This document shows positions 38,686 through 47,630 of a DNA stretch of 64,000 nt, piece after piece. Position 1 is the stretch's first letter. Each line of letters opens with the position of its first letter. Under the pieces are notes generated by a model. It ran no database searches, was not told where the DNA came from, and saw nothing but the letters and a program-made list of their open reading frames with translations. This stretch comes from a virus. A program made the translations under genes and the position numbers. The stretch is taken from the IMG/VR virus record IMGVR_UViG_3300009155_000038; one strand, written 5' to 3'.

Positions 38686-39028
38686 GCTCATCTTCGTGAT
38701 CTCCTACGTGATCGCGTTCGTGGACAATGGTGACTTTAATACCAGCCCCGGACAATAACGAAATGGCCAAATCAGTCAGTGTTGACCCGCCCATGCCGGC
38801 CAGCACACAGATCCCAATCAGCCCGTACACGTTCTCTGCTTTGCGGTAGTTTTGATACCAAATCAGGGCAATGGCTAAACCCAGAAACCCGGCGTTGAGC
38901 ATCGCACTGACAACAGCTAGTTTAGACAGTTTCTTGGCAAACCGCAAAAGGGTTGCCAGCCCCGCAAAGGCCGCCGCCCCAAAGGCGCTGCTAAACACCG
39001 AGAACGCATGTAAGTAATCATGATCCAT
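38672..39028 (-). CDS. Holin-like membrane protein (3 TM)
   Basis: Three hydrophobic helices, LAGMGGS motif, charged His/Asp C-tail. Confidence 0.55.
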   Translation of the reverse strand: MDHDYLHAFSVFSSAFGAAAFAGLATLLRFAKKLSKLAVVSAMLNAGFLGLAIALIWYQNYRKAENVYGLIGICVLAGMGGSTLTDLAISLLSGAGIKVTIVHERDHVGDHEDEHDNP

Positions 39029-39086
39029 AGCGCGTAACTGCTTTGCTGCCAACGACTTTCTCTTTTCCAGAAACTAGAAAATGAAA

Positions 39087-39353
39087 TGTATCAGAAGCCC
39101 TTGCGATCCCCTTCCGCAAGCCCAGCACCGGCCGAAGCCAGTGTTCCGCGGCGACTTTCAAGGACAATAAATTATCCCGTGTGGTATTCGCCGCTCCTCC
39201 GCCCGTGAGCCCGACAATATCTGACCACGGAAACCTGTAACCCCGGCCGCATCCCTGCTGCCAGAGAAACACCTAACCAGCCGACCACCACGACTAACTT
39301 CTGATACACCTTAAGTTTAACAGCTTGTATATCCCGCAGCATAAGGGGATACA
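39087..39353 (-). ncRNA. Candidate structured noncoding RNA (about 220-270 nt)
   Basis: Perfect 11-bp closing stem TGTATCAGAAG/CTTCTGATACA (39298-39308 with 39087-39097) enclosing several hairpins, including a UUCG loop; no credible ORF. Confidence 0.55.
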
Positions 39354-39395
39354 CACGCAGCGCTGGATTGCCAAAGAGCAGAAAAAAACGAACGG

Positions 39396-39854
39396 TCAGA
39401 CGTAGCTTGCCGGTTCGTTGCTGCAGATTCCTGCTGGCTCATAGACATCCAGCCACGCTGCTTCCGCCAATTCTGGAAGATACGCAATAGATCGGGGAGA
39501 AAGCTCCCGATTTGCCGGCGTCCAGATAAACTGCGCGCTAGTCAGGCTGGGCATGTGCTCTGTATCCATAAACGCATGCGCGCCGATGTTACACAAGGCA
39601 TCCAGCGTGTCAGCGTTGTAACATCGCGACCAGACACGCTGACTGGAGAAGAAACTGGGCGGCGCTGAGTTAAAACCGCCGTCAAAAGGGAGCAAGAAGC
39701 CGCCCTGATAAAAAATCACGTCAGCGCACACGTGCCAGCCAGCGTCCAGCGCTGCTTTTAGATATTTGAACCGGTTTTCCTTGTCTGGTTTGCGCCCCGA
39801 GATGTTGCCCAGATGCGAAATAATAATGCCCTCGAAGCGCTGGCTGTTACCCAT
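39396..39854 (-). CDS. Divergent GDPD/phosphodiesterase-like protein
   Basis: IISHLGN..G..EN..YL..AL..GWHVCADV aligns with the IAHRGN..EN..G.DVE.DV pattern but lacks the Arg and Glu. Confidence 0.55.
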   Translation of the reverse strand: MGNSQRFEGIIISHLGNISGRKPDKENRFKYLKAALDAGWHVCADVIFYQGGFLLPFDGGFNSAPPSFFSSQRVWSRCYNADTLDALCNIGAHAFMDTEHMPSLTSAQFIWTPANRELSPRSIAYLPELAEAAWLDVYEPAGICSNEPASYV

Positions 39855-39960
39855 ACAACCGTCCTTGGTTTGTTAATTACGCGCCAACAAAGCACGGCGG
39901 CGCGAAGGGCCAATCCTACCGCAGAGCCGAAAAGGCGTCCACGAAAAGCCAGAAGAAATC

Positions 39961-40995
39961 TCAGAGAATCTTCGCGGCAATCAGACAGCCACGCGCTACA
40001 GCGTGCAGTGGGTCATGCGCATGGCGAACTTCTTTGATGGGCAGCGGAAAATTGTTCTCTGCCAGTTTCTTTTCAAACATGGGCAAGAATCCCTTGGCTG
40101 CAGTCGTGCCGCCAGCAAACGCAATCAGCAGCGGCTCTTTGAACTTGGGCAGTGCTTTGTGCCCCAAGAGCGCTGCGGCCAGCTGCTTGGTTGTGTAGTC
40201 AATCAGGCGCTCATAGTAGGCACTGACAGCGGATAACACCGGGTTCTCATTAGCCTCGCCGATTGTGAAGTCACCCTGCTCTTTCTCGGCTTGCACCACC
40301 GAGTCTTCTTCGCCCGTAGCAACAGCTGCCATACGGTCGATCCAGTCGCCGGACTTTGTGGTCGAGAACAGCACCGTGGGCTCGCCATTGAGCATCACGC
40401 ACACGTTCACCATACCAGCGCCCCACGAGAGCCCGATGCCCGTGTAATCGTCGTTGGCCAGCTCCGAGTAGCACAGTGCTTCAGCCTCGTTGATAGCCCG
40501 CGCCTGATAGCCCTGTTCAGCCAAGACTGCTTTGACAACGTCTTCGTGATAGCCGACGTCAAAGTCTTCGTCTTCTTGGTCAACAGGCTGGGCTGGGACG
40601 CAGAATACAAGCTTTTCGTCCTGCTCTGTGGCCTTGCCGGCGACTTCTTTGAGAATAAACGCCAGTACGCGCTTGGCTTCCTTCTCTTTAGGAGAAACAA
40701 CGCCGCGGTACATCGGGCGCTTCGCCGACTCGTTGCGCTCAATGGCTTTGTCGATAGCGTCTTGGCCCAGCAGAATAAAAGCGTTGTCTGTGTCTTTCAC
40801 AAACACCTTGCCCTGCAGGCCCTTCTCAATCATCTTCGTGGCCACGGGGGTCGTGGGCTTAATGACGTAGAACGCGTCCCGGAAATCCTTGTAGCTGATG
40901 AATTCAGCCTTATCGTCGCTGGTGTAGCTGATAGGTTCGAGGCTATCTGAAGCTAAGACAATAAAAGAAGTCCCGACGTCTAAACCCTTGGCCAT
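39961..40995 (-). CDS. Actin-fold ATPase (MreB/FtsA/ParM-like)
   Basis: GLDVGTS (phosphate 1), INEAEA (connect 1), WGAGMVNV (phosphate 2), AGGTT (adenosine), DPLHAVARG (connect 2). Confidence 0.9.
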   Translation of the reverse strand: MAKGLDVGTSFIVLASDSLEPISYTSDDKAEFISYKDFRDAFYVIKPTTPVATKMIEKGLQGKVFVKDTDNAFILLGQDAIDKAIERNESAKRPMYRGVVSPKEKEAKRVLAFILKEVAGKATEQDEKLVFCVPAQPVDQEDEDFDVGYHEDVVKAVLAEQGYQARAINEAEALCYSELANDDYTGIGLSWGAGMVNVCVMLNGEPTVLFSTTKSGDWIDRMAAVATGEEDSVVQAEKEQGDFTIGEANENPVLSAVSAYYERLIDYTTKQLAAALLGHKALPKFKEPLLIAFAGGTTAAKGFLPMFEKKLAENNFPLPIKEVRHAHDPLHAVARGCLIAAKIL

Positions 40996-40997
40996 GA

Positions 40998-41378
40998 TTA
41001 CTTTCCTTTGAGCTGAGCTAACTTGGAGACAGAGGCACCAATATCATCCTGTGTCGCAGTGGTTTTGCCAAGGGCCACATCATTCGTGCGTTCCATGCCG
41101 GCTGTAGAAATAGGCGCTACAAACTTCGTTTCGTTAATATCCACACGCGTAGCCGGCGACTCAACTACAGGCGCTACTGAGAAACGCCGCGAGGCTGCGC
41201 TGGTTTGCATGACTGGCGTCTGGACACTGGGTGTTTCCACAGCGCCTTTTGCAATGCCCACCAGAATGCGCAGCGCTCCGTAAATGATATCTAAGCGGCC
41301 CACGATATAACCCGCCACGTAGCCCATGCAGATGAGAAAGAGCGCTGTAATATACGCCGTTGTAATCTGGTCAAACAT
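40998..41378 (-). CDS. Membrane-anchored protein, possible actin partner
   Basis: N-terminal TM, disordered middle, C-term VSKLAQLKGK; 2 nt upstream of the actin gene. Confidence 0.6.
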   Translation of the reverse strand: MFDQITTAYITALFLICMGYVAGYIVGRLDIIYGALRILVGIAKGAVETPSVQTPVMQTSAASRRFSVAPVVESPATRVDINETKFVAPISTAGMERTNDVALGKTTATQDDIGASVSKLAQLKGK

Positions 41379-41383
41379 GATTG

Positions 41384-42073
41384 TTACTCTGGCCTGCGCC
41401 AGCCCTTGTGCGAGTTAATGCGGCCGCTATTCAGGCTGCGCATGTGGCAGTCGCTGAGATGATGCAGTCGGCAGAACTCGCTGAGATTAGTGATGGTGAC
41501 TTCTTTGCCGTACGGCGTGCAAAAGGTGTACGTCTTGGAGTATTTTTCAGTGATCGTGGCGTGGCCCTTGGTAATAGCCGCTCTGTGCTGTTCGGGCGTC
41601 ATGCCGTGAACGCCTTTCTTGAGCTTCGCTGCTTTCTTGCCCCCCGACGCGCAGGTCTTGAGCCAGTCTGCGTGGGTCATGCCAGAAAACCCGCCACCGT
41701 TGGCCTGCGAGCGCTCAAACGCCCGGGCTTGTTCTTCCGGTGTGAGATAGACCCGCCCGTTGATATTTCTATTTAAACAAGCGTCTAGCCCGTGCTCGTC
41801 TAGCGCTGTTTTAATCAGCGCTGACTCTGCCTTGGATAGCGCCGCGGTGTTTCGTTTCCCGTGCGTCTGATACTTTGCCCAGAGAACGACTTTCAGCGCG
41901 TCAGCTTGATATTCGACGTGCTCGGGGTCGTTGTAGTGCGCAAACGTCATCGACGACCCAAAGTACCCGATATCTTTATCGGGGTGTGCTGTCGAGACGC
42001 GGGAGCCGTAGTAGAGCTTGTGCCCCAGCGATGGGTACACAATGACGTACAGATAGTGCCAGCGCTTCTGCAT
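41384..42073 (-). mobile_element. Free-standing GIY-YIG (Seg-like) homing endonuclease
   Basis: YLYVI..YYGSR..YFGSS..LNRN catalytic module; C-term repeats and TITNLSEFCR..HKGW NUMOD-like HTH. Confidence 0.7.
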
Positions 42074-42175
42074 TACACTGAGTCCATTCAGTGTGAATAA
42101 GCGGTTAGATCCGTCTAACCGGCAGATATTAATGTAGCTGTTTTACAGCGCGCAGTCTAACACTAGCAGGGGGTA

Positions 42176-42703
42176 TCAGTATTCCAGCTCGTACACAGTG
42201 TTAAGCACAATGGCAATTTCGTCGCAGAGATCAACAACGTCGTCATAGTTTACAGGCGGAGCGTCGCCAACTTGTTTGACGCTTTTAGACCGCACAATCA
42301 CGCCGTTAAACGTGGGCTTGATGTCCAGCACATACCGATAGCCGATCTCGTCGCGTTTGGCCGTGTTGTACGCGGCTAAATCATGCTCACTCACGGTGCG
42401 GGTCAGCGCCTTTTCTTCTTCCGATTCGTTCTCAAAGTCATAAATACTTTGATACACAAACAGTTCGATGTTCGTGGCAGAGCACAAATCAGAGTTAATA
42501 GCCGAGTCTATGGAGTAATCAAACTCTTCATCCAGAATACCGCAAAGATTACACAGCTCTTGGTCATACTCCATCTCCCACTGATTGAGCTTGCGTAATT
42601 GATCTTGCGGTGCACCAGCTTCAACCGTTGCCCGAATCTCATGTTGCGCGTCGATGATCGTCCATATTTGCTCAATCAGCGGCGCAATACGCACGTTAGA
42701 CAT
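42176..42703 (-). CDS. Acidic hypothetical protein
   Basis: 175-aa ORF. Confidence 0.6.
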   Translation of the reverse strand: MSNVRIAPLIEQIWTIIDAQHEIRATVEAGAPQDQLRKLNQWEMEYDQELCNLCGILDEEFDYSIDSAINSDLCSATNIELFVYQSIYDFENESEEEKALTRTVSEHDLAAYNTAKRDEIGYRYVLDIKPTFNGVIVRSKSVKQVGDAPPVNYDDVVDLCDEIAIVLNTVYELEY

Positions 42704-42730
42704 AACGAATCCTTTCTGTGAAATAAAGAC

Positions 42731-43204
42731 TCAGTCGCCACGTTTCTGCGGCTCTAAGCTACTCACGCTGTACGCTACCAGCCGGCGCATGTGCTCGCAA
42801 TCCTCGTAGCTGTCTTGGATCTGGTCTTCGTAGAACACCTTGAGATACGCGGCTGTCTCAGGGTGCGCAATACCTAAATCGTCTAACTGTTTCAGCCGAT
42901 ACGTGTAGTTCGTGACCACGTCCTCTTCAAGCTTGATGGCCAGCGTTAAGATATCTTCAACGCGGGCAGCATACGCAAACGGCTTTGGCCCCTGACACGG
43001 CTGTGCGTAATTCAGACCCAGAAGCCGGTCTAAAAACGCCTGCACGTGGGCCATTTCACCCTCTGCTGCCTTGGTGAAGAACTCTTTGTACTCGTGCGCG
43101 TGCAGACCAGAAACAGAGCTGGCGTGATAGAGATAAAAGCTCAAATGCGTCCACTCGTTGGCTAAGTCGCCGTTCATGATCTCTAGAAATTGGCTCAGCG
43201 TCAT
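42731..43204 (-). CDS. Ferritin-like (bacterioferritin-type) di-iron protein
   Basis: LANEW..Y..H, EGEMAHV..F.DR, LEE..Y, EDC.H four-helix pattern. Confidence 0.8.
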   Translation of the reverse strand: MTLSQFLEIMNGDLANEWTHLSFYLYHASSVSGLHAHEYKEFFTKAAEGEMAHVQAFLDRLLGLNYAQPCQGPKPFAYAARVEDILTLAIKLEEDVVTNYTYRLKQLDDLGIAHPETAAYLKVFYEDQIQDSYEDCEHMRRLVAYSVSSLEPQKRGD

Positions 43205-43216
43205 GTGCGTATTCCT

Positions 43217-43753
43217 TTACAGCGGGTTTGTTTTGAGATAGTCAGCCAAGCGCTGGGCCTGCGGCGTCTCTTCCTGAATGATCTGGTCGTAGTACACATC
43301 GCCATAAGCTTTGAACACCATGGCGTTGTTGACGAACCAGCCCATATGATACCCCTGCCGCATGAATCCGACGAGGCTTTCTGTGGCCTTATCGTCTAGC
43401 ACATAGTTGCACAGGCCGAACTTCTCGATCCAGTATTCCTTGGGCTGGCAGTTAATGTGTCCGTGCCCGCCTTGTCCCGGAAGCGCTGCGCTGAATAACA
43501 CAGTGGGCGCGACTTGTGTTAAACGCCGGACAAACTCATTCGCCCACTCTTTGCCCAGATGCTCGCCGACTTCCAGCGAAATACACAGGTCGTACTTCTG
43601 CGGCGTGTATAAGTTCAGAAACTCTTCTGAGAACACGTCGAGCTGGGTAAACGGACTGCGTGGGTCTAAGTCCATGCCGTCTGCTTCAATGCCCAGCTCT
43701 CGCAACGCTGTGACATAGATTCCGGGACCGCAGCCTACGTCTAAGATGCGCAT
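43217..43753 (-). CDS. Class I SAM-dependent methyltransferase
   Basis: ILDVGCGPG; YDLCISLEVGEH; FSAALPGQGG.GHIN. Confidence 0.85.
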   Translation of the reverse strand: MRILDVGCGPGIYVTALRELGIEADGMDLDPRSPFTQLDVFSEEFLNLYTPQKYDLCISLEVGEHLGKEWANEFVRRLTQVAPTVLFSAALPGQGGHGHINCQPKEYWIEKFGLCNYVLDDKATESLVGFMRQGYHMGWFVNNAMVFKAYGDVYYDQIIQEETPQAQRLADYLKTNPL

Positions 43754-44394
43754 GTTGCTGCCTTTGCTTCTTGAATTTGAGCCAGCGCTTCTCTAATCTG
43801 CTGCGCTTCTTCAAGCAATAAATGAAAGTCATCCGCTGTTTTCGGCGGGCAAAACATGCGGCCGTACGGGACATTCCAGCAATTCTCGGTAAAGCAAAAC
43901 AGGTTGTACGGATTGTTTGGCTCTTCGCGTTCCCCTTTGACGCCGTAAAACGCGAATGCGGCAAATAAATCACGCGGTATAAAGCCGCATATGTACAGCT
44001 TTGAGAAATCCTCAAGCACACGGACATGAATAAACCAGTCGCATTTTGGCATGCCGCCAGACTTGCGTGTGTCTGCAACAGAACCCAAGAAGTTTAACTT
44101 TGGTCGGGACGTGCAAAATTTTGCTTTGATATCTATCTCTTGCAGCGCTGGGTGCACGCGATCACAGTTGTATATTTCTCGGCTTACACTGTGGCGCCAT
44201 GTTGAAGCGCCATAATACTCGTCAAGCCCTACTTCGGCGAGCATCCCGTATGGCGTGCGTTTGCCAGCAGTAATGGAATTAGGCAGGTGCGGAGTACCGT
44301 GCGCAGCCTGACACATTTCTGCAAACTCTGCCGCCATTTTTCTGGCGCAATCTTGAACGTCTCGCGAGGGCGTGACCTCAATAATCCGTGACAT
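43741..44394 (-). CDS. Putative PD-(D/E)xK-fold nuclease-like protein
   Basis: GMLAEVG..IDIKAK..DWFIHV..YICGF pattern. Confidence 0.4.
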   Translation of the reverse strand: MSRIIEVTPSRDVQDCARKMAAEFAEMCQAAHGTPHLPNSITAGKRTPYGMLAEVGLDEYYGASTWRHSVSREIYNCDRVHPALQEIDIKAKFCTSRPKLNFLGSVADTRKSGGMPKCDWFIHVRVLEDFSKLYICGFIPRDLFAAFAFYGVKGEREEPNNPYNLFCFTENCWNVPYGRMFCPPKTADDFHLLLEEAQQIREALAQIQEAKAATCAS

Positions 44395-44457
44395 GCGCAT
44401 CCTTTCGCTAGAGGTGCGCGCAGTCTACGACCCCCCTGAAAAGAGGTCAAGACTTGA

Positions 44458-45165
44458 CTACAGCTTTTTCAAGATAGCTGCGACAAGCGGATGCCTGACC
44501 ACGTCGCCGTGGTTAAACTGCATCGCGCCAATGCCGCTTGTGCCCTTGAGCTTCTCCACTACTTCGCCAAGCGGCGCCGGCGAGAATGGCAAGTCGCTCT
44601 GGTGCAAGTCACCCGTAACAATCACTTTGGTATTGCGGCCAAAGCGGGACAAGAAGAGTTTCAGCTGCGTGTATGTGGCGTTCTGAGCTTCATCGAGAAT
44701 ACACACGGCGTCATTGAATGTACGCCCGCGCATGTAGCACAGCGGCGCCAATGACACAGCTTTGTTAATGACTTCACGCTTGGAGCTGAACTTGCCCAAA
44801 AGCGTGTCCATCGTGTCAAACAGGGGCTGCATGTAGGGATTCACTTTGTCCCCGAACGTGCCCGGCAAGAACCCAAGCTTCTCACCAGCGTCCACAATGG
44901 GCCGAGTAAGAATGATATTGGAGTGGGTCTGCGACAGAATAGCGTTGATCGCATACGCCATGGCTAAGAACGTCTTGCCAGAGCCGGCTGAGCCCAATAA
45001 AAAGCTCACATCGTTCTCGCCAAGTAAGTCCCATGCCCGCTTCTGGCCGGACGTGCGCCATTCGATGTCAACCGGCTGATAAACCGCTGCCTTTTCTTGT
45101 TTTTGCTTCTCTTGATGTTTCTTGGCTCGCTGCGCGACCTTCGGGGTCTGCGGTTTTTTGCCCAT
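44458..45165 (-). CDS. phoH: PhoH-family ATPase
   Basis: GSAGSGKT; LGFLPG..EK..PY; YMRGRTF..ILDEAQN; TGDLHQSD; DVVRHPLV. Confidence 0.95.
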   Translation of the reverse strand: MGKKPQTPKVAQRAKKHQEKQKQEKAAVYQPVDIEWRTSGQKRAWDLLGENDVSFLLGSAGSGKTFLAMAYAINAILSQTHSNIILTRPIVDAGEKLGFLPGTFGDKVNPYMQPLFDTMDTLLGKFSSKREVINKAVSLAPLCYMRGRTFNDAVCILDEAQNATYTQLKLFLSRFGRNTKVIVTGDLHQSDLPFSPAPLGEVVEKLKGTSGIGAMQFNHGDVVRHPLVAAILKKL

Positions 45166-45223
45166 ATGGTTAACACGCCTTCCGTGGCTGTGGCTAGGAC
45201 GAGATTATGTTATTTCAATGCTG

Positions 45224-46897
45224 TTACATGGCTCCTGCCGGCTGCGCTGGCTGCCCCGGCTGGCCCGGGTAGTGAAACGGGCTACGCACGCTGGGAATGT
45301 ACGACCGAGCAGTATCTACGCCGGACTGGATAGCGTTGCCAGCTGCAGTTGCGCCAGATTGAATAGCGTTGCCAGCCGCTGTAGCTGCTTGGCCCGGCAG
45401 CGCGGCAATCTGACCCGGAATGCTGGCGATGTTCTTGGCGCCCTGCACTAAACCCTCCCCAAAACCACCTACTGCTGCGCCGGCTTGCCGGAACGGAAGT
45501 GTGACATTGTTATACATGCGTGCGCCGCTGTAATACATGCTCTTGGCAGCTTGGTCGCTGCTATCAGCAAAGTTATTTAAACCCCGCTGCATGGAGTTAC
45601 CAGTCTGCTGCAAGTAGTTGCCGGCGCTACTGGCAAAGTTGCCAATACCCCGCGCAGCATCGCCCATAAAGCCAGCTTCTTTGCCAATAGCGTTTCCAAA
45701 CAAGTACGCCTGCGACATCTTCTGCTGTGTCATACCGACATCTTCGGGCTGCGGGCTGTTCGTGCTCTTCTGCTCATCATTGATCTTCTTGAGCGTACCG
45801 CGGCTCGAAGGCGTCTCTGTCATCGAAGTACAACCGCAATCCTTGGCGGCTGTCTTCTCTTCTGTCTTCTTCTTCGTAGCCTTCTTGCCCTTGGGTCGGC
45901 AGGAGTCGTTGCTATAGGGCGCCTTGCCCGGCACTGGCTCGTAGCCCGTCCAGCACCGACCCGCCGAGAGCTTTTCAAGCGCAGCGCCGAATGCTTGCAA
46001 GTCACTGCTCTTCTTGACGCCACGCACGCTGTTGTTTTCCAGATTGTTATTCAGCTGGCCCTGCAGATACGCGTGATAGTGGGGATCTTGACCGCCGTTG
46101 ATGCCGCCACGACCGTTGAGCATGTCCATGATGCTTTGCGCGCCGCCCTGCATGTTCTTTCCAAGATAGCCGCCGTGCGCTGCTCCCAAGCCCGCCAGAC
46201 CCAGTCCAGCTGCGCCCAGACCCATACCCAGCCCGGAATTGCCGCCACCATGGGCAAACGCACCCATCAACGCCAGCGGAACACCAGCACCAATTGCGTA
46301 GCGGGCTTCAAGCGGCAGGTTGTTCCACATGTCCATGAGGCCGCCACCGCCTTGAGCAGGCGAGTGCTGGACCGGATACGGCATTGGTGCTACGGCGTCT
46401 TGACCATTGCCGTAAAACAATTTGTTCTTAAGCGATGTCAAACCAGCAGCTGTACCGCCGGCTACTGCTGCGCCTGTGCCGATGTTGCCCCATGTGCGCG
46501 GGGCTGGTCGGACAGGCAGCGCAAAATTATCAGCCCGGCGGCTCGGAATCATGCCCGTGCCGGGGTTGGGTCCAGTAAGCCGCGGAGTACCGTCAGGCGC
46601 TGGCGCACCCTTGCCGCGAAACCCGTTCACAAAGTCCTTGCCGGCGTCCACAACCTTGCCAGCACCGTGCCGCGTGGCTGCGCCCAAGTTATTCAGCGCT
46701 GTCAGGCTCTCGTCAGCCGCGATACCCACCCCACGACCAGCAGCATTCAAACCGCGCTGCAACATGCTTGGCGCGGCTTGCTGCGCTGCTTGCTGGGCAG
46801 CTCCGCGGGCAGCTGCGGGAATCAGCGCTCCCATACCGCCGCCAGCTTGCTTGGCCATCTGCTGTTCCATCGCTGCAATAAATTCTTGCGGTGTCAT
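45224..46897 (-). CDS. Multi-module glycine-rich virion cargo protein
   Basis: MTPQEF..KQAG; glycine zippers; CWTGYEPVPGK..SCRP module; FGAALEKLSA, FGNAIGKEAG; late-embryogenesis-like AGNAIQSG repeats. Confidence 0.65.
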   Translation of the reverse strand: MTPQEFIAAMEQQMAKQAGGGMGALIPAAARGAAQQAAQQAAPSMLQRGLNAAGRGVGIAADESLTALNNLGAATRHGAGKVVDAGKDFVNGFRGKGAPAPDGTPRLTGPNPGTGMIPSRRADNFALPVRPAPRTWGNIGTGAAVAGGTAAGLTSLKNKLFYGNGQDAVAPMPYPVQHSPAQGGGGLMDMWNNLPLEARYAIGAGVPLALMGAFAHGGGNSGLGMGLGAAGLGLAGLGAAHGGYLGKNMQGGAQSIMDMLNGRGGINGGQDPHYHAYLQGQLNNNLENNSVRGVKKSSDLQAFGAALEKLSAGRCWTGYEPVPGKAPYSNDSCRPKGKKATKKKTEEKTAAKDCGCTSMTETPSSRGTLKKINDEQKSTNSPQPEDVGMTQQKMSQAYLFGNAIGKEAGFMGDAARGIGNFASSAGNYLQQTGNSMQRGLNNFADSSDQAAKSMYYSGARMYNNVTLPFRQAGAAVGGFGEGLVQGAKNIASIPGQIAALPGQAATAAGNAIQSGATAAGNAIQSGVDTARSYIPSVRSPFHYPGQPGQPAQPAGAM

Positions 46898-46913
46898 GGG
46901 CGTCCTCTGTTAT

Positions 46914-47327
46914 TTAAACGTGGCGGGAGTCTTCGTCTGGTGTGTTTTCTGAGTCTGTGTCGTTCGTCGTCAGCACGTCTTTGTCGCTGTGGTGCGTGCC
47001 CAACTCTAGCATCTGTGTCTCTTCTAAACCTTGAAACTTGTGCCACATCCCCGGAGGAATGTGAAACGCCATATCGGGCGTCATGGTTAAAGTCGCCGCG
47101 GTGCTCTCGTTATCGTCCCACCCATAGCTTAATAAAATCTTGCCCTTTTCCACATAGAGCACCTTGTCGCGCACCCGATGGTAAACCCACTCGCTGGTTT
47201 TGCCCTTGTTTACTTTGATTTTCTTGCCGCAATACCGCCCGTTCCAGATGTAATCTTCGCTGCCCCATATGTGTTCGGCGTAGGGGCGCTGCTCGGCATT
47301 CAAAACAAACCGCTTGGGCTCGGCCAC
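46914..47327 (-). CDS. Cupin-fold protein (sugar isomerase-like, divergent)
   Basis: WGSE..YCGKK..H..LYV..G..HIPPGMWHKF..E.GTHH..D. Confidence 0.75.
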   Translation of the reverse strand: MAEPKRFVLNAEQRPYAEHIWGSEDYIWNGRYCGKKIKVNKGKTSEWVYHRVRDKVLYVEKGKILLSYGWDDNESTAATLTMTPDMAFHIPPGMWHKFQGLEETQMLELGTHHSDKDVLTTNDTDSENTPDEDSRHV

Positions 47328-47350
47328 GAAGTGCTCCTTATTTAATCAAA

Positions 47351-47398
47351 TGTGACAAAACCTAGGTCATTAACGATAACGACCGATGTTTTGTCACA
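47351..47398. repeat. Intergenic inverted repeat
   Basis: TGTGACAAAAC (47351-61) / GTTTTGTCACA (47388-98) with inner GGTC/GACC. Confidence 0.8.
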
Positions 47399-47427
47399 GG
47401 TGTTACGAAACCTCTGCTCAAAATCTT

Positions 47428-47628
47428 TTAGTTTGCGGTTTTGTTACACCACGCGCTGTATTTTTCAGCGCTTGTTTTAGTCAGTTCTTTCCAGCGTTCT
47501 ACTGTTGTGTCGCTATACGTACAGCGCCCGCCTTCGCAGCATGTCTCGATGATCATATGGCAGGCGGGGCAGATGAGTTTCCCGCGCAGTTCCGTAAGCT
47601 CACTCTGACAGCCGTAGCACAGACTCAT
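47428..47628 (-). CDS. Small Zn-ribbon protein
   Basis: CYGC-x12-CPAC..ETCCEG. Confidence 0.6.
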   Translation of the reverse strand: MSLCYGCQSELTELRGKLICPACHMIIETCCEGGRCTYSDTTVERWKELTKTSAEKYSAWCNKTAN

Positions 47629-47630
47629 GG

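Noticed and set aside
39087-39308. HDV-like ribozyme (GGCGAAU), SRP (GGAGGAGCGG) or RNase P (GAAAGUC) matches
   Set aside because: Only isolated words match; the required P3/L3/P1.1, CAGG/AGCAG loop or P4 order are missing
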